The translations under genes and the position numbers were made by a program. Shown here piece after piece: positions 36,169-44,542 of a stretch of 64,000 bases of DNA. Position 1 is the first letter of the stretch. The number at the start of each line of letters is the position of its first letter. The notes beneath the pieces were generated by a model. That model was given only the letters and a program-made list of their open reading frames with translations, did not search any database and had not been told where the DNA came from. Source of the stretch: Hyphomicrobiaceae bacterium (lineage in GTDB: Bacteria; Pseudomonadota; Alphaproteobacteria; Rhizobiales; Hyphomicrobiaceae). Location: assembly GCA_031393505.1 (NCBI GenBank), contig JANMVX010000175.1, positions 3,536 to 67,535 on the forward strand, written 5' to 3'.

Positions 36169-37701
36169 ATGTTCATGGGCACCGGCTCCGACGTTGGCAA
36201 ATCGCTGATCGTGGCGGGATTGTGCCGGCTGCTGAGCAATCGCGGGCTGCGGGTGCGTCCGTTCAAGCCGCAGAACATGTCGAACAACGCGGCGGTGACG
36301 GAGGATGGCGGCGAGATCGGGCGGGCGCAGGCGCTGCAGGCGCGCGCGTGCCGCGTTGCGCCCAGCGTTCACATGAATCCCGTGCTACTGAAGCCGCAGA
36401 GCCAGATCGGCGCCCAGATCATTGTGCAGGGGCGGATGCGGGGCAGCGCGAAGGCGCGAGAATTCCAGGCCATCAAGCCGACGTTGATGCCGGCGGTGCT
36501 GGAGAGTTTTGCGCGGCTGAAGGCCGAAGCTGAGATCGTGCTGGTGGAGGGGGCGGGATCGGCCTCTGAAATCAATCTGCGCGCCAACGACATCGCCAAC
36601 ATGGGGTTTGCCCGCGCCGCGAACGTGCCGGTGGTGCTGATCGGCGACATCGACCGCGGCGGGGTCATTGCCAGCATCGTCGGTACCCATACGGTTCTCG
36701 AGGCTGGCGATGCGGCGATGATCCGCGGCTTCCTGATCAACCGCATGCGCGGCGACGTGTCGTTGTTCGCCGACGGGGTCGCGGCGATTGAGCGGTATAC
36801 GGCCTGGAAGAGTCTGGGCATCGTCCCGCATTTCGATGCCGCCCACAAACTTCCGGCCGAAGATGCGCTGGCCTTGCGCGATGCGGCGCGGTGGCAGGGA
36901 AAGGCGGGACTCGAGACTCGGGACTCGGGACTCGGTTCACGCGCGCTCGCGCCGTCTACGAGTCCCGAGTCCCGAGTCCCGAGTCCCGGTCGCGTCACCA
37001 TCGCCGTCCCCGTCCTGCCGCGCATCGCGAATTTCGATGATCTCGACCCGTTGCGGCTCGATCCCGCGCTATCGCTCCGCCTGCTGCACAATGGCGAACC
37101 GATCCCGCCCGATACCGATCTCGTCATCCTGCCCGGCTCCAAGGCCACCATCGCCGATCTCGCCGATTTGCGCGCCGCCGGCTGGGACCACGATCTCCAC
37201 GCCCACGTGCGCCGAGGCGGCCGCGTGCTGGGCCTGTGCGGGGGATACCAGATGCTTGGCCGCAGCATCGCCGATCCCGCGGGCATCGAAGGGCCGGCCG
37301 GGTCGGCGCCGGGGCTCGGGCTGCTCAACGTCGACACCGTGCTCACTGGCGCCAAACAGCTGCGCGCCGTCACCGGCGAAACGGTCGCCGATGGCGTGGC
37401 GTTCTCGGGCTATGAAATGCACGTCGGCGAAACCTCCGGCCCGGACGCTGCCCGCCCCCTGGTGCGCTTTGCCGACGGCCGGGTGGACGGCGCCACGTCC
37501 CTGGACGGCCGGGTGTCCGGCGCCTACGCGCACGGCTTTTTCGCCGACGACCGGCAGCGGCGCGCCTGGATCACCCGTCTCGGCGGCGCCAACGGTCCGT
37601 CCACATCCTACGACGCCACCATCGAGGCCACGCTCGACGCGCTCGCCGAACATCTTGGCCGGCATCTCGACATGGACGCGCTGCTGGCGATGGCGGGCTG
37701 A
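36169..37701 (+). CDS. cobQ: cobyric acid synthase
   Basis: 510-aa ORF ([39 protein letters not shown]-terminal GATase [10 protein letters not shown]). Carries an about 27-aa repeat-encoded insert in the interdomain linker. Confidence 0.9.
   Translation: MFMGTGSDVGKSLIVAGLCRLLSNRGLRVRPFKPQNMSNNAAVTEDGGEIGRAQALQARACRVAPSVHMNPVLLKPQSQIGAQIIVQGRMRGSAKAREFQAIKPTLMPAVLESFARLKAEAEIVLVEGAGSASEINLRANDIANMGFARAANVPVVLIGDIDRGGVIASIVGTHTVLEAGDAAMIRGFLINRMRGDVSLFADGVAAIERYTAWKSLGIVPHFDAAHKLPAEDALALRDAARWQGKAGLETRDSGLGSRALAPSTSPESRVPSPGRVTIAVPVLPRIANFDDLDPLRLDPALSLRLLHNGEPIPPDTDLVILPGSKATIADLADLRAAGWDHDLHAHVRRGGRVLGLCGGYQMLGRSIADPAGIEGPAGSAPGLGLLNVDTVLTGAKQLRAVTGETVADGVAFSGYEMHVGETSGPDAARPLVRFADGRVDGATSLDGRVSGAYAHGFFADDRQRRAWITRLGGANGPSTSYDATIEATLDALAEHLGRHLDMDALLAMAG
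36906..36987. repeat. heptamer hairpin (GGGACTC/GAGACTC)x4 ... (GAGTCCC)x4 embedded in frame in cobQ
   Basis: Left arm 36906-36935, right arm 36960-36987. Translated as [27 protein letters not shown] within CobQ. Confidence 0.7.
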
Positions 37702-37739
37702 GAGTAGTCCGATAGGATTTCGCTCCCATCGATCCATGG

Positions 37740-37892
37740 GGTGTCATCCCGGATGCGCTGCAGCAGTCTTCATGATGCAGTGCTGATCCGGGATCTCCAT
37801 CGGCTCCAGCCGTGGTGCGACAGGGGCAGGAGCCGATGGCGATCCCGGGCGCGGCGCTCCGTCAAAACGCTGCGCTGCGCACGGGATGACAG
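37740..37892. repeat. nested inverted-repeat element downstream of cobQ
   Basis: Outer arms TGTCATCCCGGATGCGCTGCAGC / GCTGCGCTGCGCACGGGATGACA. Inner arms ATCCGGGATCTCCATCGGCTCC / GGAGCCGATGGCGATCCCGGGC. Confidence 0.5.
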
Positions 37893-38114
37893 GTCTCGTT
37901 CAGTGCGAAAAGAAAAGGACTTGGCCGGGTCAACTGCGACCAAAGGCGCAGGTTTCTGGTGACGGGCATAGAATTGCCCCAAACCGGTCGCAATCTGGCC
38001 GCGAGCCTTACGAACGAAGCCACAGTTCTGCTCGAAATCGCTCCTAGATTCCTGGTTAGTGACAGTGATGAGTCGCCGGCCGCCGCGCCGGAACGATCTG
38101 ACAGGACAGACGCC

Positions 38115-38558
38115 ATGGGTATCGTACCGCAGACCGCCGAGTTCAAATCCGCCGTGGTTTTCCGCGCCGATTGCGATGCGTTGTCGCCGCGCCGCCCCGA
38201 AGGCGCGCAGGCATCCGATTTTCAGTTCTGGTCGGGCCTGTCCGGTCGCAGCTATGTGCACACGATTTTCGATCTGATCGGCTGCCCGCGCGTGCCGGCG
38301 TGCTCCTATGTGCTGGTCAAGCGCGACGGCGACGGCGTCCGCTCGGCTCTGCGCATCGGCACGGTATCGGCCGACGCCTGGTCGCTCAATCTGGCGGAAA
38401 TCCGCCACCGCGCTGCGCAACTGGGCGCCAATGAGGTGCATCTGCACCTGATCGCGAGCGATGCGGCCAGCCAGCAGCGCGTCGCCGAAGATCTGCAAGC
38501 CAAGCAGTTCGCGGAGCTGTCTCCCGAGCCCGCGGCCCGGCCGGCGTATCTTTGCTAG
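38115..38558 (+). CDS. hypothetical protein
   Basis: ORF 37959..38558. ATG 38115 is preferred because the upstream part runs toward the repeat region. No family recognised (FWSGLSGRSYVHTIF...EVHLHLIA). Confidence 0.45.
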   Translation: MGIVPQTAEFKSAVVFRADCDALSPRRPEGAQASDFQFWSGLSGRSYVHTIFDLIGCPRVPACSYVLVKRDGDGVRSALRIGTVSADAWSLNLAEIRHRAAQLGANEVHLHLIASDAASQQRVAEDLQAKQFAELSPEPAARPAYLC

Positions 38559-38595
38559 TCTCTACGGTTTGCTTCCAAGCACGCTCGAAACGCAC

Positions 38596-38623
38596 AAAGG
38601 GCGTCCGCTCAGGGACGCCCTTT
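38596..38623. terminator. hairpin between convergent genes (likely bidirectional terminator)
   Basis: AAAGGGCGTCC-GCTCAG-GGACGCCCTTT. Confidence 0.5.
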
Positions 38624-38690
38624 GGCCTTTCGCAACCCTGTCAAGCCTGGATCAAACTTGGCGGGGCTGCCTAGAGAGTCTGCGCAGCAC

Positions 38691-39224
38691 TTATTCGCTT
38701 TGATCAGAGCACAGGGTGTAATTGGCGGCGGCGGTCGCAGCGGCCGCAACGACAACCACCGGTTCGTTGGTGGTGCCGGCGTCGCCGGACGTTTCGACCG
38801 ACGAATCGGTAGCCGACCCTTGGCCGACATTGTTCGATTCGGTTGTGTCGTCGGCGACCGGGATGGGCTGTTCGGACGCGTTGGCGACCGTGGTCGGCAG
38901 TGGGCGCATGATGCGGGCGGTGTAGACGGCGCCGTCCTCCGGCATCCAGCCGCAGGTCTGAAAGCCCGGGTTGGGCAACGAGGTCGCGCAGGCGACGTTG
39001 TGGGCGTCATCGACAACTTCCAGCGCCACATCCTGCTGATCGGATTCAAGCGTGAAGTGTGACCGCATGGTCGAATCGAGCGTGAACGTCTGCGTCTGGA
39101 TTGCGCCGGACGCCACGGTGCCCGTCGAGCAAACCGGCGTCGCATAAGCCACCTGTGGGGCGACGCCCGCCGTGGAACCGATCAGAGCAATCCCCAAAAG
39201 GATATTTAGTTTGGTGCGGAACAT
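38691..39224 (-). CDS. secreted hypothetical protein
   Basis: ORF 38691..39236. ATG 39224 is preferred (GGAGG 6 nt upstream). Signal peptide MFRTKLNILLGIALIGSTAGVAPQVAYA. Acidic, Thr/Ser-rich C-terminus. Confidence 0.55.
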   Translation of the reverse strand: MFRTKLNILLGIALIGSTAGVAPQVAYATPVCSTGTVASGAIQTQTFTLDSTMRSHFTLESDQQDVALEVVDDAHNVACATSLPNPGFQTCGWMPEDGAVYTARIMRPLPTTVANASEQPIPVADDTTESNNVGQGSATDSSVETSGDAGTTNEPVVVVAAAATAAANYTLCSDQSE

Positions 39225-39403
39225 TGCCACCTCCATAGAATTTCGCCTCTGAAGGAAGACTACACCGCAGGTGAGAACTAACTGTTGTCGGAATGCTTAG
39301 AATTTTATCCGATTGGAATTTTATCTGATGTCGCCGCCACCGCTAAATGATTCGGAACCGAGCAGATACGTAGAGCCACCTGATCCGCACGTAGTGAGCG
39401 TAA

Positions 39404-39645
39404 GAGGCGCTGGCTGACGGTCTCCTCTCCCCCGTTTTCCGGGGCAGAGGAGACCGCGTCTCGCAGGCGCTTCTTCAGCGCCAAGAGCCACGCGGTCGGT
39501 GAGGGGCAGCCGCTGGCTCGGCCCCTGGTGCGACCTGTGCGGAGCAAGCGGCTGCCCCTCACCTGTCGCTTTATCCTCGGCTTCGCCTCGGAGCGACATC
39601 CTCTCCCCCAAAGTTGGGGGAGAGGAGAAGATCAGCCAGCGCCTC
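39404..39645. repeat. 242-bp MITE-like nested palindrome with 30-bp terminal inverted repeats (27/30)
   Basis: GAGGCGCTGGCTGACGGTCTCCTCTCCCCC (39404-39433) versus the reverse complement of 39616-39645. Inner inverted repeat GGTGAGGGGCAGCCGCT / AGCGGCTGCCCCTCACC. The left half is repeated at 24171-24275. Confidence 0.65.
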
Positions 39646-39748
39646 TTTCCTGCGTCAAACCTGATCAGGCGCCAAAGCCAATGGGCGGAAAAGCTGTTCG
39701 CTTTTCCGCCCACCATTTTCATCTTCTCAGCTCAGATCCGTGACACCC

Positions 39749-41656
39749 TTAGTAGGTGATGCGGGTCCGATGGTTGCCGGTGCCGGTGGCAGACGCCAGG
39801 CGGTTGGCGATATCGGTGAACACCGAGATCAGACCGTTCTGCGAGGCGGCGGCCGAGGTCACGTCGTAGAAGTGCTGAGCCACGTTTGCATTCCAAGGCG
39901 AAGCGCAAGCCTGCAGGGCCGTCTTGGACGTTGTATCGGAGCCCAACTCCAAACCGACAGTGAACACCTCAACGCCAGCTGCCTTCATGTTGGTGCAGAG
40001 CGTGGCGGCCTGACTGCGGGACCTGCCGTTGGCGACCGAGGCGTTGGAGTTGTTGTCTTCGGCGATGCTGGCGTAGTTCGTGTCATAGTGCAGGTTGTAG
40101 GCGCCGTCGGTCATCATCAAGACCACTTTCTTGACCAAGGCCGGGTCGGCGGCGGCGGGCTTGCTGCCAGCGGGCCAGAAGCTCGTCCACTTGTCCGAGA
40201 TGGTGTACCAGCCCCAAGCCATGCCGATGTGGCCGGCCGTGTAGCCTGCAGCGTGCTGGGCATCGATGGAGGCGTAGAGATCGGTACGGTTGTTGGTCAA
40301 GGGCAACAGCGGCTTGTCGGGGGCCGTGCAGTTCCGGCTGGAGGCGCTGGTGGTCGTGAAGGCATGGAACAGCTGGGTGGACGGCGCTGCGTCATCGTAA
40401 GCGTGACCGGTCGAAGCGAGACGCTCGGCCATGCAGGTGTTGACGTAGGAGGTGCGCTGGCAGGTGGCCTGGACCAGCTGCGTGGTGCAGACCTGATGCG
40501 AGCCCGATCCACCGCTGTGACCTTGATTGTTGTGACCGTTGCGGTCATAGCCATCGCGATCATAGCCGTCGTTGTCATAGCCGTGACTACCGTAGCCGCC
40601 GCCGTGGCTGCCACCCGTGCAGTTGCCACCGCCGCCGGCGCTGCGGTTGGTGCTCATGGCGCTGCGATTGCCCCAGTCGCTGCTACCGCCGTTGCCTGAG
40701 CCGTTGTGACCATCGTCGCCACCGTTGCCCCAGCCGTTGTTGCCGTGGCCGCCGCCACGGTGATGTCCTTGATCGTCGTCATAGTCACCTTCCTGGTCGT
40801 TTTCCCAATCGCCGCCGCTCCAATGCTGGCCGTTGCCATTGGTGTTGCTGACGGTCTGGCAAACCTGCTGCTGCGTGGTGCAGGTGTAGCTGCTGGTGGT
40901 GGAGGCAGCGACGCCCGTCGCCGCTTCGGCATAGGCGCCGGCGTTGACGTACTCGGAGAACGGCACAATGCTGACGCGCACGTTCGGGTTGGTGGAACCG
41001 GGGGGGATCAACACATCGACCAGGCGCTTGGCGGCGACCTTGGCCGTGGTCAGCTTGGCGTTGTCGTTCATCGATCCTGTCACGTCCATGACCAGAGCGA
41101 TTTCCAGCTTCTGGCTGGTCGCGCCGTCCGTGTCCATCGCCATCGAGGTCTGATTGCTCGTGATGCGGATCGTCGGCATGCCGATGGCCGCCAGGAACAT
41201 GGTCTTGACGTTGGCCCTGGCCGTCATTTTGACGTTGCCTTGGGCGTCGACCTTAACCGAAGTCAACTGGGCTTTGATGTTCTTGGGCAGCGTCTTGAAG
41301 AAGTATTTCTCCGCCACGATGGCGGCGTCCTTCATCTGCATCTGGTTGTTTTGGTTGGCCGTGTTGTTGGCATAAAGCGCGCCGCCGCCATCAAACGTGC
41401 GGCCAGCGGCCAGCGAGGCCTGATCCAGCGCGCGATCCATCGCTTCTTTGGTCGCGTAGCCGCGGCCGAAGTCGACCGTCATGCCCACGAACGCCACAGC
41501 GCACATGATCGAGAAACCGAACACCATGGTCATGTTGCCGCGCTCGTCCTTGGCGAAACCAAGGCGGCCGACATTCAGTGATTTTCCGCTGTTTTCAATC
41601 CGCGTCGCCGTGCGGGTGAATCCGTCGCGCATTATACGCCCCAAGTCGCAAAACAT
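39749..41656 (-). CDS. TadE/TadG-like N-terminal domain + vWA domain protein with a Gly/His/Asn/Asp-rich insert
   Basis: ORF 39749..41689. ATG 41656 is preferred (GGAGG 7 nt upstream). FAKDERGNMTMVFGFSIM...VDFGRG (Tad-like). MIDAS-like LVMDVTGSM. Low-complexity insert at about 40496-40843. Confidence 0.8.
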   Translation of the reverse strand: MFCDLGRIMRDGFTRTATRIENSGKSLNVGRLGFAKDERGNMTMVFGFSIMCAVAFVGMTVDFGRGYATKEAMDRALDQASLAAGRTFDGGGALYANNTANQNNQMQMKDAAIVAEKYFFKTLPKNIKAQLTSVKVDAQGNVKMTARANVKTMFLAAIGMPTIRITSNQTSMAMDTDGATSQKLEIALVMDVTGSMNDNAKLTTAKVAAKRLVDVLIPPGSTNPNVRVSIVPFSEYVNAGAYAEAATGVAASTTSSYTCTTQQQVCQTVSNTNGNGQHWSGGDWENDQEGDYDDDQGHHRGGGHGNNGWGNGGDDGHNGSGNGGSSDWGNRSAMSTNRSAGGGGNCTGGSHGGGYGSHGYDNDGYDRDGYDRNGHNNQGHSGGSGSHQVCTTQLVQATCQRTSYVNTCMAERLASTGHAYDDAAPSTQLFHAFTTTSASSRNCTAPDKPLLPLTNNRTDLYASIDAQHAAGYTAGHIGMAWGWYTISDKWTSFWPAGSKPAAADPALVKKVVLMMTDGAYNLHYDTNYASIAEDNNSNASVANGRSRSQAATLCTNMKAAGVEVFTVGLELGSDTTSKTALQACASPWNANVAQHFYDVTSAAASQNGLISVFTDIANRLASATGTGNHRTRITY

Positions 41657-41957
41657 TTTTTTGCCTCCACAATTGCGATTGGAGGCCAATGTGACGGTTG
41701 CGGGTTTACAAAAGGAACCGGGATTGCTCGCAATTTTATCGAATAGGGAATTAACCGGGTAGCGCGATGTTATTGTAGTTTCTCAATGGCTAATGGGGCG
41801 TCGAGGATTTTACTCAAACCGCTGAGAACCGCCTCCGTGTGCGACTTTGGCACGGGGCCGGAGCATTTGCCTTGGGCCGGTGCGCCCGCTATAGACGGCG
41901 CCAGATCACCCCTTGAACCATCCCGCCGCCGCCCCGAGCGGCCAAACCGAGGCTCCC

Positions 41958-43355
41958 ATGACCGCCACTGAATACAAAGTCGCCGACATCAAGCTCGCCG
42001 ATTTTGGCCGCAAGGAAATCGCCATCGCCGAAACCGAAATGCCGGGTCTGATGGCCATGCGCGCCGAATACGGCAAGGAGCAACCGCTGAAGGGGGCAAG
42101 AATCGCCGGCAGCCTGCATATGACCATTCAGACGGCGGTGCTGATCGAGACCTTGAAGGCGCTCGGCGCCGATGTCCGCTGGGCCTCCTGCAACATCTTC
42201 TCGACCCAGGATCATGCGGCGGCCGCGATCGCCGCCAGCGGAACCCCGGTGTTCGCCGTCAAGGGCGAAAGTCTGGTCGAATATTGGGACTATTCGGACC
42301 AGATTTTCCATTTCGCCAATGGCGAGACGGCCAACATGATCCTGGACGATGGCGGCGACGCCACCATGTACATCCTGCTCGGCGCCAAGGCCGAGAAGGA
42401 CATCTCGGTGCTGGCCAAGCCCGGCAATGAGGAAGAAGAGGCGCTGTTCGCCACCATCAAGCGCCGCATGGCCGCCAGCCCCGGCTGGTTCGCCAAAGCC
42501 AAGGCGCAGATCAAGGGCGTGTCGGAAGAGACCACCACTGGCGTGCATCGATTGTATATGATGGAGAAGGCCGGCGACCTGCCCTTCCCGGCCATCAACG
42601 TCAATGACTCGGTCACCAAGTCCAAATTCGACAACCTCTACGGCTGCCGCGAGAGCCTGGTGGACGCCATCCGCCGCGCTACAGACGTCATGTTGGCCGG
42701 CAAAGTCGCCGTGGTGGCCGGCTTCGGCGACGTCGGCAAGGGCTCGGCGGCCAGCCTCAAGCACGGCGGCGCGCGCGTGCTGGTGACCGAAGTCGACCCG
42801 ATCTGCGCCCTGCAGGCCGCCATGGAAGGCTACGAAGTCGTCACCATGGAGGACGCCGCCCCGCGCGCCGACATTTTTGTGACCGCGACCGGCAACAAGG
42901 ACGTGATCACCATCGAGCACATGCGCGAGATGAAGGACCGCGCCATCGTCTGCAACATCGGCCATTTCGACGCTGAAGTGCAGGTCGGCGCGCTACGCAA
43001 CCTGAAGTGGCACAACGTCAAGCCGCAAGTGGACGAGATCGAATTTCCGAACGGCCGCCGCATGCTGCTGCTGGCCGAAGGCCGCCTGGTGAACCTGGGC
43101 TGCGCCACCGGCCACCCCAGCTTCGTCATGTCGGCGTCGTTCACGAACCAGACCCTGGCGCAGATCGAGCTGTGGAAGCACGGCAAGAAGTACGAGAACA
43201 AGGTGTACACGCTGCCCAAACACCTCGACGAGAAGGTCGCGATGCTGCATCTGGCCAAGTTGGGTGTGAAGCTGACGAAACTGTCGAAGGATCAGGCGGA
43301 TTATATTGGGGTGACGCCGCAGGGGCCGTTCAAGCCGGATCATTATCGGTATTAG
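41958..43355 (+). CDS. ahcY: adenosylhomocysteinase
   Basis: ORF 41913..43355. Start at ATG 41958 (GAGG 5 nt upstream). [28 protein letters not shown] and [10 protein letters not shown] motifs. Confidence 0.95.
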   Translation: MTATEYKVADIKLADFGRKEIAIAETEMPGLMAMRAEYGKEQPLKGARIAGSLHMTIQTAVLIETLKALGADVRWASCNIFSTQDHAAAAIAASGTPVFAVKGESLVEYWDYSDQIFHFANGETANMILDDGGDATMYILLGAKAEKDISVLAKPGNEEEEALFATIKRRMAASPGWFAKAKAQIKGVSEETTTGVHRLYMMEKAGDLPFPAINVNDSVTKSKFDNLYGCRESLVDAIRRATDVMLAGKVAVVAGFGDVGKGSAASLKHGGARVLVTEVDPICALQAAMEGYEVVTMEDAAPRADIFVTATGNKDVITIEHMREMKDRAIVCNIGHFDAEVQVGALRNLKWHNVKPQVDEIEFPNGRRMLLLAEGRLVNLGCATGHPSFVMSASFTNQTLAQIELWKHGKKYENKVYTLPKHLDEKVAMLHLAKLGVKLTKLSKDQADYIGVTPQGPFKPDHYRY

Positions 43356-43432
43356 GAGGGCGACCATTGTAGCCTAAAGTCTGCGGCGCCTGGTCCAGAG
43401 GTGCCGCAGTGAATGCCCTCACTGTCCTCGAA

Positions 43433-44404
43433 TTATTTCGATGCCATACGTCGCTTGATGGGAGAATAGTTCTTTTCCAACACGATGTGAATCGGATCCA
43501 AGACCGGTTTCGGGTCGCCGCCCTGCGGCCTCGCGTTGCCAAAAGTGTAAATCTGATATCCGAACCCCAAGGGCAGTGACGGCGAGATATCGATCACTGC
43601 GATACCGCTGTTGCCGAATTGCTTATCGACGGAAGTCCCCTCGGGGTGCAGCAATCCTACGCTTGACTCATCGTTTGTCTCACAAGCCGGTACGCGTTCT
43701 GCGCGACACTGATCTGTTGTGCTGAAGACTTTCGTTGGGTCGTCATTCAACTCCTTGCACCCGCATTCTTTCGCATAGGCGTTGTTTGCTTTGATTTCCG
43801 CCATTTTTTCGTCGAAAATCCGACGTCCCGTAGCGATCAATGCCAGTTCCGCTGCTGTCAGTTCGTTGCCCGTTCGCACGTCGTAACGGAATTTGCAGTC
43901 GTGGAAGGGCAATCCTCGCTTGAAGCAGTCTGGCACGACCAAGGGCAAGGCTTCGCTGATAACTCCTACGTCGAATTCCCCCTGTAAGGCCGTGGGACCG
44001 GCTTGTCTGACCGCTTCGATGTCGGCGACCATGTAGCTCGGCAATTGCTGGCCAGTCTCTGGATCATAGGCAAGCGGACTTTGCAGGGCGAGGCACAGAC
44101 TGTTCAGTGAGAACCCTCTCGCCTGGTATTGATTCAAAAAATCATCGGAGACAGAAATGAAGTTGCCGCCAAACCCGTAGTAATAGCATTTGTTCTTGAG
44201 CGGCGCCGTCTTATCCCCGCCGGGACCATAGTTCTGCAACGTGATGCCAAGCCTGCTGAGCTCAGCCGCCGATCCAAAAACAGCAGGATAGTTGGGTTCA
44301 GTGGATTCGACGGTTTCGGTGGTTTCAGCAGCATCCTGTGCGCTGACAGTTGTGGCCGCGCCGATCAGAACCGCGCACACCAGAGTCCGGAAGCAATGTT
44401 TCAT
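43433..44404 (-). CDS. secreted Cys-rich hypothetical protein (8 Cys in mature part)
   Basis: 323-aa ORF. Signal peptide MKHCFRTLVCAVLIGAATTVSA. GGAGG 9 nt upstream of the ATG. Markedly lower GC than the surroundings. No family recognised. Confidence 0.6.
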   Translation of the reverse strand: MKHCFRTLVCAVLIGAATTVSAQDAAETTETVESTEPNYPAVFGSAAELSRLGITLQNYGPGGDKTAPLKNKCYYYGFGGNFISVSDDFLNQYQARGFSLNSLCLALQSPLAYDPETGQQLPSYMVADIEAVRQAGPTALQGEFDVGVISEALPLVVPDCFKRGLPFHDCKFRYDVRTGNELTAAELALIATGRRIFDEKMAEIKANNAYAKECGCKELNDDPTKVFSTTDQCRAERVPACETNDESSVGLLHPEGTSVDKQFGNSGIAVIDISPSLPLGFGYQIYTFGNARPQGGDPKPVLDPIHIVLEKNYSPIKRRMASK

Positions 44405-44542
44405 GGCAAGAAACCTCCAGCTGCATCAAACGTAACAACTGACTAAGAGTTCACTCGACCTGCGGTTAGGCGAACATGCGAGCCTCCATGGATTGCAAGG
44501 GGAACCAATCGTCACGATGTCAGATCTACATGCAGCGCAGCC

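Noticed and set aside
39305-39759. Small ORFs 39305..39562, 39321..39722 and 39499..39759 in the six-frame track
   Set aside because: They are translations of the 242-bp palindromic repeat and its flanks, readable on both strands because of symmetry, and are not genes.
41780-41957. Possible SAH or SAM riboswitch upstream of ahcY
   Set aside because: I could not find the ordered SAH-riboswitch core elements (CCGAGGAGCGCUGC ... GGCUCGG ... AACGGCGCUC), only scattered short matches. A cmsearch with RF01057/RF00521 would settle it.
41889-42965. 358-aa - strand ORF antisense to ahcY
   Set aside because: ahcY on the + strand is unambiguous, so the antisense ORF is a GC-artefact.
43379-43407. Hairpin after ahcY as a Rho-independent terminator
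   Set aside because: The stem (CTGCGGC.CCT / AGAGGTGCCGCAG) is imperfect and is not followed by a T-tract, so it is too weak to call.
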